From contig JBEKHC010000002.1 of the NCBI GenBank assembly GCA_050012475.1, positions 44,981 through 108,980 on the forward strand: a DNA stretch of 64,000 nucleotides, given 5' to 3'. Below the pieces are notes generated by a model. That model saw only the letters and a list, made by a program, of their open reading frames with translations, was not told the origin of the DNA and ran no database searches. Below, piece by piece: positions 53,244 to 62,301 of this stretch. The stretch's first letter is position 1. Each line of letters opens with the position of its first letter. A program made the translations under genes and the position numbers. The DNA comes from Candidatus Velthaea sp. Its GTDB lineage: Bacteria > Vulcanimicrobiota > Vulcanimicrobiia > Vulcanimicrobiales > Vulcanimicrobiaceae.

Positions 53244-56200
53244 GTGCCCGCCGTGGTTTCGAGCTTCCCTTGCCCTAAAAGCGAGAGGCTAAGAACAGCC
53301 TTTCGGGATTCCGAAAACTCAACATGGGCATTTGCAGATGAACGCCCGGCCCTTGCGTATTCAGCAGCCCTTGAATACATTCGGCCCAACGTCCCAAGAT
53401 CGCGCGCAAGCGCAACAAGCGGTCGGACTTCCACTGCAGAATCGCACCATTTGAAAGTTGTGCCGAAGCAGGTCCGGCTGGTGCTCGAGAAATTCGCACG
53501 CCGCCACCGGGCCGATGGCCCGTCGCCGCCTTTCGCTTTTCAGGCGTCAAAGAGCCGCCAAGCCAAGTGCGCTTGGTATGCACTTGCCGTAATCGGCAGC
53601 ACCGCTGCTTTATATGTGCGGATCACGCTGGGCGAGACGGCATCTTGGAACCATCCTTCGCCGACATTGCTGATCCCGATCGTCTTGTGCGCCTGGCTCG
53701 GGGGCCTAGGCCCGGGACTTCTTGCGACGATGGTCACCACGCTCGAAGCCGATTACTTTCTCCTTGCGCCAGTACATTCGTTCGCGATCGCCGACCGGGC
53801 CAATGAGCTGGCCTTGCTATCATTCGGGATCACCGGTGTACTTGTCAGCGTCGTCAGCGAGAGTCTTCACCGCGGTTGGCGACGCGCGGAGCGCGACAGC
53901 GTGCATCGCCAGCGGAGCCAGCAGCGGCTCGCGTTACTGGCAGACGCGGGAACGATCTTGACCTCGCCGCTCAGTTCTCTGGAGTTGCTCACACAGCTCG
54001 TCGACTGGGTGGTCGAAAACCGGATCGCAGACGCGTGCGTGGGGTACGACGTGGACCTCGGCGATCATCGCGGGACTACCAAGGCGTGGGCGCATCGCGA
54101 TTCGGCTGAACAAGCACCCTGCGCGTTCGAGCTTGGCGGGCAGCGAGTCACCTTTCTCGCGATCGTTACGGCCGTGATGGAAACCGGAGAGGCGGTGTTC
54201 CTCCCCGAATGCGGGCCGCCCAACCGCGCGACAGCCGGGCGCGATCGGAACGCGCCGCGGCATGCCTTGGAGCCGCATGCGCTCATCTCGGTGCCCTTGA
54301 TTGCCCGCGGCCGGACGCTCGGTGCGATCGTCATGCTCAACGCCCAGTCACCAGAAGCGTTTTCAATTGACGACTTCGCCCTGGCCAAGGACCTCGCCGG
54401 TCGGGCCGCACTGTGCCTGGACAACGCTCAGCTGATCGCCCAGCACCAGCGTGACGCCGAGTTTCAGCGGTTCATCGCTCACGCCAGCGAAGTACTTTCG
54501 TCGTCGCTCGATTTGCAGGCGACGCTGAACGGGCTCTTGCAGCTCGTCGTGCCGCAGTTCGCCGATTGTGGAATCGTCAATCTCATCGACGAGCACGACG
54601 GGGTTCCGAAAGTGACCGCAATCGTTCACACCGATCCGCGGAAAGCGCAACTCGCACGCCGCCTGCGCGGACACAGTTATCTGCGCAGCGAGGGCGTTGA
54701 GGTAGCGCACGCGACGCGAACCGGTACGTCGCAGATCATCGCTCGCGTCAACGAAGCGTACCTCGAGTCGGTCGTCGGGGTCGAGTTCTTCCCGATCTTG
54801 TCGGAGATCGAACTGGGCTCTTCGAAAGTATGCGTCCCGCTCGTCGCACGCGGATGTCTGCTCGGCGCGTTAACCTGTACGCAAGCGCAACGCACGTATG
54901 TGGCGTCCGATCTGCCGCTGTTCGAGGATCTGGCTCGGCGCGCCGCGGTTGCGATCCTGAACGCCCGTGATTTCGCGCACGAGCGGCGGGTCGCGGATTT
55001 CTTGCAGTCGACGTCGCTGCCGATGAAGCTGCCGCACTTTCCCGGGTTGCGCTTGCACGCCTGTTATGAGGCCGGCAAGAGCGACGCGCAAGTCGGTGGC
55101 GACTGGTACGACGCCATCTCTCTGTCCGACGGGCGGATCGTGATTGCAATTGGGGATGTCATCGGCAGCGGGGTCGAGGCAGCGATGACGATGAGCAATT
55201 TGCGCCAAATCATGCGCGGCGTGGTCCAAACGAACCCCGAGCCGCGTGACATCCTCGAAACCACCGACCGAGCGCTTCGAGCGGAACAGCCCGAACGCTA
55301 CGCAACGGCGTTCGTCAGCGTATTCGATCCGTCGACTGCGACCTTGAGTTATGCGTCCGCCGGTCATCCGCCGCCGTTCTTGCGGCAGGCCGACGGGACG
55401 ATCATCGAGTTGAGCGGCGGGCGAGGTTTGCCGCTGGGGCTTCGTGACCAAGCTGCTGCTGATCCGGCGGCAGTGGTCAAGCTGTCAACCGGATCGCTCC
55501 TCGTGCTTTATACGGACGGAATCACCGAGGCAACGCACGACCCCCAGGAGGGCCGGCAGCGGCTATTGACGGCACTCAACGATTCTGCCGTGCGAGAATC
55601 GAGCAACGTCGCGCGCGCGATTCAAGAGGCGGTGCTGCACGACGGCTCGCGAGACGACGTCGCGGTTTTGGTTGTCGGTGTCGAGGCGGTCGCTGACGCC
55701 AGAGCAACCGCGGATAGCTTGCACGAGGCGACCTTGGAGTGGGCATTTGATGCGCATGACTCCAACGCCGCTGGGACGATTCGCGGTCGGATCGTGGACC
55801 GACTGCGCGCTCACGCGGCCTCGGATGAGGAGTGTCACGACGCCGAGGTCGTGTTCAGCGAGTTGGTCGGCAATGTCGTTCGCCATGCGCCTGGCCCCAT
55901 TGAGGTGCGGCTGGAAATGCACGAACGCATGCCGGTTCTCCATGTGCTCGATGAGGGCCCGGGCTTCTTACGCATGGCGAAAGTTCCGTTCGATCTCATG
56001 AGTGTGGACGGCCGCGGGCTTTCCGTCGTGTCCTGTTTGACAGAAGAGTTCAACGTAATCCGCAAGCCGCACCCGCTCAGCGGCAGCCATGCGCGCGCAG
56101 TATTATCGATCAATCGTCACCCTCAGCACCTGACCTGGAATCCGGCCTATGACTCCGGCCACGCGCTTATCGATCGTCAGCATCGAGCGCTCTTCGATCA

Positions 56201-56549
56201 TGCCAACAATCTCCTCGCCGCAACGATCTCCGCACGTCCGATGGATGAAGTCGCCAGGATCATTGACGCCCTGGTTGCCGACGTGGTCCAGCACTTCCGA
56301 GATGAAGAGCTAATTTTTCGGACGGCCGGCTTCCCTGGCGCGACCGAACACGCCGCGGCCCACCGGGAGCTGTTGGATCGGGCTGCCCAATTAGTTGCTG
56401 GATTTCATGCCGGCGCGCCTGGTATCGGCGGCATTGCCGAGCTATTCCAATTCTTGGCCCACGACGTGGTTGCCCGGCACATGCTGGGCGCGGATCGCGA
56501 GTTCTTTCCATATCTCAATGGCGGTACGGCGATCGCGGACGCGACGTAG
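53244..56549 (+). CDS. Sensor phosphatase: DUF4118 TM + 2 GAF + SpoIIE (PP2C) + HATPase_c + bacteriohemerythrin
   Basis: GGLGPGLLAT TM domain, VPLIARGRTLG GAFs, VGGDWYD/IGDVIG/LYTDGI/DD, SELVGNVVRH, and H…HFRDEE…HAAAH…HMLGAD. The true start is probably downstream of 53244. Confidence 0.9.
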   Translation: MPAVVSSFPCPKSERLRTAFRDSENSTWAFADERPALAYSAALEYIRPNVPRSRASATSGRTSTAESHHLKVVPKQVRLVLEKFARRHRADGPSPPFAFQASKSRQAKCAWYALAVIGSTAALYVRITLGETASWNHPSPTLLIPIVLCAWLGGLGPGLLATMVTTLEADYFLLAPVHSFAIADRANELALLSFGITGVLVSVVSESLHRGWRRAERDSVHRQRSQQRLALLADAGTILTSPLSSLELLTQLVDWVVENRIADACVGYDVDLGDHRGTTKAWAHRDSAEQAPCAFELGGQRVTFLAIVTAVMETGEAVFLPECGPPNRATAGRDRNAPRHALEPHALISVPLIARGRTLGAIVMLNAQSPEAFSIDDFALAKDLAGRAALCLDNAQLIAQHQRDAEFQRFIAHASEVLSSSLDLQATLNGLLQLVVPQFADCGIVNLIDEHDGVPKVTAIVHTDPRKAQLARRLRGHSYLRSEGVEVAHATRTGTSQIIARVNEAYLESVVGVEFFPILSEIELGSSKVCVPLVARGCLLGALTCTQAQRTYVASDLPLFEDLARRAAVAILNARDFAHERRVADFLQSTSLPMKLPHFPGLRLHACYEAGKSDAQVGGDWYDAISLSDGRIVIAIGDVIGSGVEAAMTMSNLRQIMRGVVQTNPEPRDILETTDRALRAEQPERYATAFVSVFDPSTATLSYASAGHPPPFLRQADGTIIELSGGRGLPLGLRDQAAADPAAVVKLSTGSLLVLYTDGITEATHDPQEGRQRLLTALNDSAVRESSNVARAIQEAVLHDGSRDDVAVLVVGVEAVADARATADSLHEATLEWAFDAHDSNAAGTIRGRIVDRLRAHAASDEECHDAEVVFSELVGNVVRHAPGPIEVRLEMHERMPVLHVLDEGPGFLRMAKVPFDLMSVDGRGLSVVSCLTEEFNVIRKPHPLSGSHARAVLSINRHPQHLTWNPAYDSGHALIDRQHRALFDHANNLLAATISARPMDEVARIIDALVADVVQHFRDEELIFRTAGFPGATEHAAAHRELLDRAAQLVAGFHAGAPGIGGIAELFQFLAHDVVARHMLGADREFFPYLNGGTAIADAT

Positions 56550-56629
56550 ATCGGTATACGAAAGCAGAGAGAGCCGGCAGCAAGCGCTTACGAGTAGAGT
56601 TCACCTTGGGCGTACGGCCTGCTCCGAAT

Positions 56630-56866
56630 TTACCCTGGGGTCTTAGCGGGCACGAAGGCGATGCCCGACATGTTCGTCTGATCATGCCAGTCGCACGGGG
56701 ACAACTGCATCGAGCGCGTCTGTTCCAATGATCCCGCGGGTCGATCGATATAGTCAACGCGGCATCCGCAGTGCCAAGTCACGTGACCAACTTGCGGCTT
56801 CCCGTCGGAATGCTTGATCGTATGCGTGCGCGGCTTTCCGAGTACGCGCAAAATCCTGTGAAACAT
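56630..56866 (-). CDS. Small hypothetical protein with WHCGC…CxxH motif
   Basis: 78-aa ORF with VTWHCGC and SPCDWH. Confidence 0.5.
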   Translation of the reverse strand: MFHRILRVLGKPRTHTIKHSDGKPQVGHVTWHCGCRVDYIDRPAGSLEQTRSMQLSPCDWHDQTNMSGIAFVPAKTPG

Positions 56867-57109
56867 GAAGGGCACCAGCAGCTCCAAACACCCGTGTATT
56901 TGCTAAAAAGTCGGCACTTCGACCGGGATTCTTAGCTGCTTGTCTGCTTCGACGCTCCCAAGCTTTTGCTGTCGAAGTGAAACCTGAACCACCGGCCGAC
57001 GGCCTAGAACGCGCGTGTGCGCGATGGTCGCGATCGACGGCCGTCAACCGGGTCGGCATTTGGTTGTTTCGCGTTGCCGGGCATGGGAGGCAAGCGGGTC
57101 ATTGTCTTG

Positions 57110-57814
57110 ATGGAGAGGTTCGACGAGGGACCGCGGGCACCGTCGTCGGATTCGGCCCAGGACGTGGCGCTTTCCGAAGCCGTCTTCTATAATTTCATTA
57201 CCCTGCTCGCGATCGTCAACCCGATCGAGGCGGGCGCGGCCTTTGCCACGCTGACGGCCGGCGCGACAGCGGCGCAGCAGTCCGCCATCGCCGCGCGGGC
57301 GAGCATCGTTGCCACGGTTATCCTCATCGGTTTCGGCTTTGCCGGCGACATTCTGCTCCGCGCTCTGGGCATCGGTTTTCCCGCTTTTCGCATCGCGGGC
57401 GGGTTGCTGCTGCTGCAAGTCGGCTTCAACATGGTCTTCGCCAAGGATGCCGGAACCGAAAAGCTCGCGCCGGACGAGCGCAGCGCGGCAACGCTGGCCG
57501 ACGATCCGAGCGTCTTTCCGCTGGCAATTCCGATCATCACCGGACCCGGCGCGTTGACCACCGTCGTGGCGATCCTTTCGAAACGGCATGAAACGGTTTT
57601 GGAATCGAGCCTGGTGGTCGTCACCGTCATCGTCGTCATGGGAATTACGTTTCTCACGATGTCCGCCTCGCGGCGGCTCAAAACATTCTTGGGGCCAACC
57701 GGCGTCAACGCCGTCGGCCGCGTGATGGGCATCATTGTTGCCGCGATCGCGGTTCAATTAATCGTCGACGGCATCGAGGAACTGCTTCCGACGCTGCAGC
57801 ACGCGGCGCGTTAG
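57110..57814 (+). CDS. MarC-family integral membrane protein
   Basis: LLAIVNPI, AFRIAGGLLL, FPLAIPIITGPGA and RVMGIIVAAIAVQ. Confidence 0.92.
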   Translation: MERFDEGPRAPSSDSAQDVALSEAVFYNFITLLAIVNPIEAGAAFATLTAGATAAQQSAIAARASIVATVILIGFGFAGDILLRALGIGFPAFRIAGGLLLLQVGFNMVFAKDAGTEKLAPDERSAATLADDPSVFPLAIPIITGPGALTTVVAILSKRHETVLESSLVVVTVIVVMGITFLTMSASRRLKTFLGPTGVNAVGRVMGIIVAAIAVQLIVDGIEELLPTLQHAAR

Positions 57815-57847
57815 CGCGGCAGGGCACGAGTCGCGCCGGAGGTTTCG

Positions 57848-58237
57848 GTGGATCTGGGAGTTTTGCAGGTTCTTGCCCTGCTGCTGACGTGCCAACTCGC
57901 CGGCGAAGTCATCACGCGCGCCGCGAATCTTCCGGTGCCCGGCCCCGTCTTGGGCATGGTGCTCCTCTTACTCGGTCTGCTCGTGCTGCGGCGCGTTCCG
58001 CTCCCACTCGAGCGCACGTCGCGCGGGCTGCTCGACAATCTCTCGCTGCTGTTCGTCCCGGCCGGCGTCGGCGTGATCCAACACCTCGACATCCTGCGCG
58101 CGCAGTGGCTCCCGATCGCGGCGGCGATCGTCGGCTCGACCATTTTGGCGATGCTCGTTACCGCGGGTGCGATGCTTGCGACGGAAGGGCTTCTTGCGCG
58201 CGCTTCGCGCGCGCGATCGCCGGGCACCGACCGGTGA
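57848..58237 (+). CDS. CidA/LrgA family protein
   Basis: CQLAGE, PVPGPVLGMVLL and LSLLFVPAGVGV. Confidence 0.92.
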   Translation: MDLGVLQVLALLLTCQLAGEVITRAANLPVPGPVLGMVLLLLGLLVLRRVPLPLERTSRGLLDNLSLLFVPAGVGVIQHLDILRAQWLPIAAAIVGSTILAMLVTAGAMLATEGLLARASRARSPGTDR

Positions 58238-58959
58238 CGCGCGGCATCGGCGCGATCTGGGTGTATCTCGCGACGAGCCCGCTGCTGGGCCTCGTCGTAA
58301 CGCTTGCGACATATGTCGTGGCGACCACGTTCTACCGCCGAACCCGCGGCTTTCCGCTGGCGAATCCGGTCTTGCTGAGCGTCGCGAGCATCGCAACGTT
58401 GCTGGAAGTCGGTCACATCCCGTACGCGCGCTACTTCGAAGGCGCGCAATTCGTCCATTTCCTGCTCGGTCCGGCGACGGTCGCGCTCGCCGTTCCACTC
58501 TTCGAGAATGCTGAGCGCGTGCGCCGTGCGGCGCCGGCGATCGCCGTCGGACTGGTCTGCGGCTCGCTCACGGCGGTGCTGAGCGCGGTCGTCATCGCGC
58601 GAGCGCTGGGTGCGTCGGACATCGTGCTGCGCTCCTTGGCTCCGAAATCCGTGACTACGCCGATCGCGATGGGGATCAGCGAAAAAGTCGGCGGCCTTCC
58701 GTCACTCACCGCGGCACTGGTGATCCTGACGGGCATCACCGGCGCGATGCTGTTTCCGGTCGTGTTCGAGGTGACACGGATCGCGGATTGGCGCGCGCGT
58801 GGCTTGGGGGTCGGGACGGCCGCGCACGGCATCGGCACGGCGCGTGCGATCATGCTCAGCAGTCCGGCGGCCGCGTTTTCGAGCTTGGCCATGGGCGTCA
58901 ATGCGATTTTGAGCGCGGCCCTCGTGCCGCCCATCCTCGCGCTCCTGCTCGGCCGCTGA
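58234..58959 (+). CDS. LrgB/CidB family protein
   Basis: LLGPATVALAVPL, PKSVTTPIAM and AAHGIGTARA. GTGA overlap with cidA. Confidence 0.93.
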   Translation: MTRGIGAIWVYLATSPLLGLVVTLATYVVATTFYRRTRGFPLANPVLLSVASIATLLEVGHIPYARYFEGAQFVHFLLGPATVALAVPLFENAERVRRAAPAIAVGLVCGSLTAVLSAVVIARALGASDIVLRSLAPKSVTTPIAMGISEKVGGLPSLTAALVILTGITGAMLFPVVFEVTRIADWRARGLGVGTAAHGIGTARAIMLSSPAAAFSSLAMGVNAILSAALVPPILALLLGR

Positions 58960-59223
58960 ACGGGCCCGCGGATCGACCGGTACGCAGGCTTGCACCGCGG
59001 CCGGCGCCAAAACCAGCAATGTAGCCGATCTTGACGACGTATCGAAGATCGGTGAGCTGCGCCGCACTTGCGCGCGAACGGCGCGGAACGGCGACGGGCG
59101 CGGCTGGGCGGGCACGTCGAGCGAAGCCCAGATGCTCCAAAAGTCGAATGCGACGGATTCTGGCGCAGTCGAATCTTTGAGACATCCCGAGCGAAGCCGA
59201 TGGCAGCCATCTGGGAGAACGCG

Positions 59224-60291
59224 ATGCCGCACAATCGAACAACATTTAGTAAGTTCATCATCGAAGATCAGCGCCGGCGAACCAATCCGGACGCCGACCT
59301 GACCGCGCTGCTCAACGATATCCAGACGGCCTGCAAATTTATCGCATCCGCCGTTTCGCGCGGCTTGCTCGATCGCGGCAGCGCCGGCGGCTACCCGGGT
59401 TCCGAACAGGGCGGCACGGTGCACGACACTGCCAACGATATCATGCTGCGCGAGTGCGAGTCGGGCGGCAAGTTGTGCGGGATCGTCTACGAGGGTATCG
59501 ACAAGCCGTTTCAGATTGGGCTGGACTACCCGCGCGGGCGTTACCTGCTGGTATTCGATGCACTCGACGGCGCATCGAACCTCGACGTCAACGTTACCGT
59601 GGGCACGATCTTCGCCGTGCTGCGCGCGCCGGCCGGCATCGAGGCGCCGACCGCTGCGGATTTTCTCCAGCCCGGAACCCAGCAGGTCGCCGCCGGCTAC
59701 GCCCTGTATGGTCCGACGTCGATCTTGGTCGTAACCACCGGCCACGGCGTGCACGGGTTCACACTCGATCGCGAGATCGGCGCCTATACCCTCACGCATC
59801 CCGAGATGCGAATCCCCGAAGAGACGTGCGAGTTTGCCATCGACGCATCGAACGAGCGCTTTTGGGAGCCGCCGATCAAACACTACGTGCAGGAATGCAT
59901 CGAAGGCCAAACCGGTTCGCGCGGCGCCGATTTCAACATGCGTTGGGTTGATTCACTCGTCGTCGAGGTCAATCGGATCCTCGTGCGCGGCGGCCTGTTC
60001 ATCGACCCGCGCGATACCAGCGACGCATCGAAAAAGGGCCGCTTGCGACTCTTGTATGAAGCGAATCCGATGGCGATGCTCGTCGAGGCCGCCGGCGGCG
60101 CAGCGTCGACCGGCCGCGAGCGAATCCTGGATATCGTGCCCACCGGCTTGCACGATCGGACCCCGGTGATTCTCGGCTCGCGCAAGGAAGTCGAGCGGCT
60201 CGCCCGGCTGCATGCCGAATACGATCGCGGCGAGGCATTGACGTTCAAGACGCCGCTGTTCGCAACGCGTTCTCTCTTTCGCGCTCATTAG
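59224..60291 (+). CDS. fbp: Class 1 fructose-1,6-bisphosphatase (CbbF-like) with altered active-site motifs
   Basis: QVAAGYALYGP, GFTLD, DFNMRW and LRLLYEANP are canonical. DALDGASN, YEG, IDASN and FIDPRD deviate from consensus. Confidence 0.88.
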   Translation: MPHNRTTFSKFIIEDQRRRTNPDADLTALLNDIQTACKFIASAVSRGLLDRGSAGGYPGSEQGGTVHDTANDIMLRECESGGKLCGIVYEGIDKPFQIGLDYPRGRYLLVFDALDGASNLDVNVTVGTIFAVLRAPAGIEAPTAADFLQPGTQQVAAGYALYGPTSILVVTTGHGVHGFTLDREIGAYTLTHPEMRIPEETCEFAIDASNERFWEPPIKHYVQECIEGQTGSRGADFNMRWVDSLVVEVNRILVRGGLFIDPRDTSDASKKGRLRLLYEANPMAMLVEAAGGAASTGRERILDIVPTGLHDRTPVILGSRKEVERLARLHAEYDRGEALTFKTPLFATRSLFRAH

Positions 60292-60308
60292 ACTTTCGGA
60301 GGCACAGC

Positions 60309-61184
60309 ATGTCGGCCAAGCACCCCGTTCTCGCGATCACCGGCTCGTCGGGAGCCGGCACGACGACGGTGAAGACGACGTTCCAGCAGATCTTTCGGCG
60401 CGAAGGCTTGACCACCGCGATCGTCGAGGGCGACGCGTTTCATCGCTACGATCGCATCGAGATGCGGAACCTCATGGCCGAAACGCAAAAGGCGGGAAAT
60501 TCGCACTTCAGTCATTTCGGCCCGGAGGGCAACCTCTTTGCCGAACTCGAGTCGTTGTTTCGCGTCTACGGTGAAACCGGCAGCGGGCGGTCGCGCAAGT
60601 ATCTGCACGACGACGAAGAGGCGGCGCCCTACGGGCAGGACCCCGGTACGTTTACCGAGTGGGAAGACATCCCGGTCGGAACGGACATCCTCTTTTATGA
60701 AGGTCTGCACGGAGCGGTTGCTGACGGCGACGTTGACGTTTCGCGCTACGCCGACTTGCTCATCGGGGTCGTGCCGACGATCAACCTGGAGTGGATTCAG
60801 AAGCTGCACCGCGACAAGACGACGCGCGGACATTCACAAGAAGCGATCGTCGATACCATTCTGCGGCGCATGCCCGACTACGTGAACTACATCGTGCCGC
60901 AATTCTCGCGCACGCATTGCAATTTTCAGCGCGTGCCGATCGTCGATACGTCCAATCCGTTTACGGCCCGAACGATTCCGACGCTGGACGAAAGCATGCT
61001 CGTGATCCGCTTCAAGGATCCGCGCGGGATCGACTTCCCGTACTTGATGTCGATGCTGCACGACTCGTTCATGTCACGTCCGAACACGATCGTGTGCCCG
61101 GGCGGGAAGATGGATCTGGCGACGCAGTTGATTTTCACCCCGATGATTTGGCAGCTGATGGATCGCAAGAAGCGCGCCTTCTAG
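60309..61184 (+). CDS. prk: Phosphoribulokinase (bacterial CbbP type)
   Basis: ITGSSGAGTT, EGDAFHRYDR, YEGLHG, NLEWIQKLHRD and FQRVPIVDTSNPF. GGAGG SD. Confidence 0.96.
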   Translation: MSAKHPVLAITGSSGAGTTTVKTTFQQIFRREGLTTAIVEGDAFHRYDRIEMRNLMAETQKAGNSHFSHFGPEGNLFAELESLFRVYGETGSGRSRKYLHDDEEAAPYGQDPGTFTEWEDIPVGTDILFYEGLHGAVADGDVDVSRYADLLIGVVPTINLEWIQKLHRDKTTRGHSQEAIVDTILRRMPDYVNYIVPQFSRTHCNFQRVPIVDTSNPFTARTIPTLDESMLVIRFKDPRGIDFPYLMSMLHDSFMSRPNTIVCPGGKMDLATQLIFTPMIWQLMDRKKRAF

Positions 61185-61189
61185 TGTCG

Positions 61190-61420
61190 CCCCGGCTTCG
61201 CTCGACGAATCCATCGCGTTCACGGCTTCGCCGGAAGCCGGAGGGTGTACGCGTCGGCTGCGCTCGACGAACCCGGCAAAGCCCGGCGGGCGCGTCGTGG
61301 AGCGACTTCGTCGATCGTTCGCGTTCGAGCTTCGCTCGCGCCGCAGGCTTCGGACGTACCGAGCGAAGCCGAGGGCGCCCCTCCCGTCGTCGCTCGCCGG
61401 GCAAAGCCCCGCGGGGTCCG
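61190..61420. repeat. REP-like hairpin cluster downstream of prk
   Basis: cggct[t/g]cgctcgacgaa occurs at 61193 and 61255, ggcaaagccc occurs twice, and there are several GCTTCG/CGAAGC hairpins. Confidence 0.5.
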
Positions 61421-61424
61421 AAAC

Positions 61425-61718
61425 GTGACGTACGGCGACGATGAGATCGATGCGGCGATCGAGCGACTCGCGGCTGACGTGGCGGCCCGGTCCGCTCAAC
61501 CGGAGTTTCCCACTGACGCAATGACGGAGTGTCTGCAGGCGTTGCGCCGCATGGAAGCGGCGCGGCGGAGCGGCGACCACGCTGCCGCGGTCGTTGCTGC
61601 CGGGGACGCCGCCGCCGGGTTCGACAAGTATCGTCCCACGAATGCCACGTCACGCGCGAAAGCGCTGCTGGGAGAGGTTATCGTTGCTGTGTTAGCGCAT
61701 TCGGCGCTTTCCGGCTGA
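61425..61718 (+). CDS. Hypothetical helical protein
   Basis: GC3-rich, protein-like ORF (TYGDDEIDAAIERLAA…). No family recognised. Confidence 0.5.
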   Translation: MTYGDDEIDAAIERLAADVAARSAQPEFPTDAMTECLQALRRMEAARRSGDHAAAVVAAGDAAAGFDKYRPTNATSRAKALLGEVIVAVLAHSALSG

Positions 61719-61809
61719 GCTGGGCGCTTCGGCGAAAAACCTTGCGCTTCGGCATCTCCGCGGTAACGGTGATGAAACATGGAAGTGCTTCCGAGCCAAC
61801 CTCTCTCGA

Positions 61810-61838
61810 AAGTAACATTTTTAGAAGTAACATTTTTA
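61810..61838. promoter_or_regulatory. AT-rich perfect tandem direct repeat, candidate regulator site
   Basis: AAGTAACATTTTTA at 61810-61823 and 61825-61838. Confidence 0.5.
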
Positions 61839-61956
61839 ACTGACATGCCGGACTGGCGGTCGGTTTGTTGCTGCTTTGGCAACTCAGGTCTGCCGCTTTT
61901 GTTGAAGACCGGTTGCTGACGATGAATACGCCGCCAGACGTGCCGTTCGGCGCGCC

Positions 61957-62301
61957 GTGAAGCAGAACGATGCTGCGCGCAACGCGCGGCGCAAACGCAC
62001 GATGATGATTCGCTCGCTGCTGCACGGCGTCTCGACGGTTGCCGCGGTCCTCGCCATGCGCTCGGCGCACGATGCACCGATGTGGCTTCAGATGACACTC
62101 TACGGCGCGTCGTGGATCGGCTGCGCTGCGTTGTACGTTCCGATTCTCTATCTGCGCGAGCAATTCGTGGATTTCATGGACGCGCGCACCCGGCGTATTC
62201 TGCGCGAGGAACTAGAGCGCCGCGACCTGATAACGTTTCAGCGGCGACTCGAGCGCAAAGTTCGACATCACGATGCGGAGCGCGACGACGACGCGGTTTA
62301 G
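61957..62301 (+). CDS. Hypothetical two-TM membrane protein
   Basis: Two hydrophobic segments and a charged C-terminal tail. Confidence 0.55.
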   Translation: MKQNDAARNARRKRTMMIRSLLHGVSTVAAVLAMRSAHDAPMWLQMTLYGASWIGCAALYVPILYLREQFVDFMDARTRRILREELERRDLITFQRRLERKVRHHDAERDDDAV

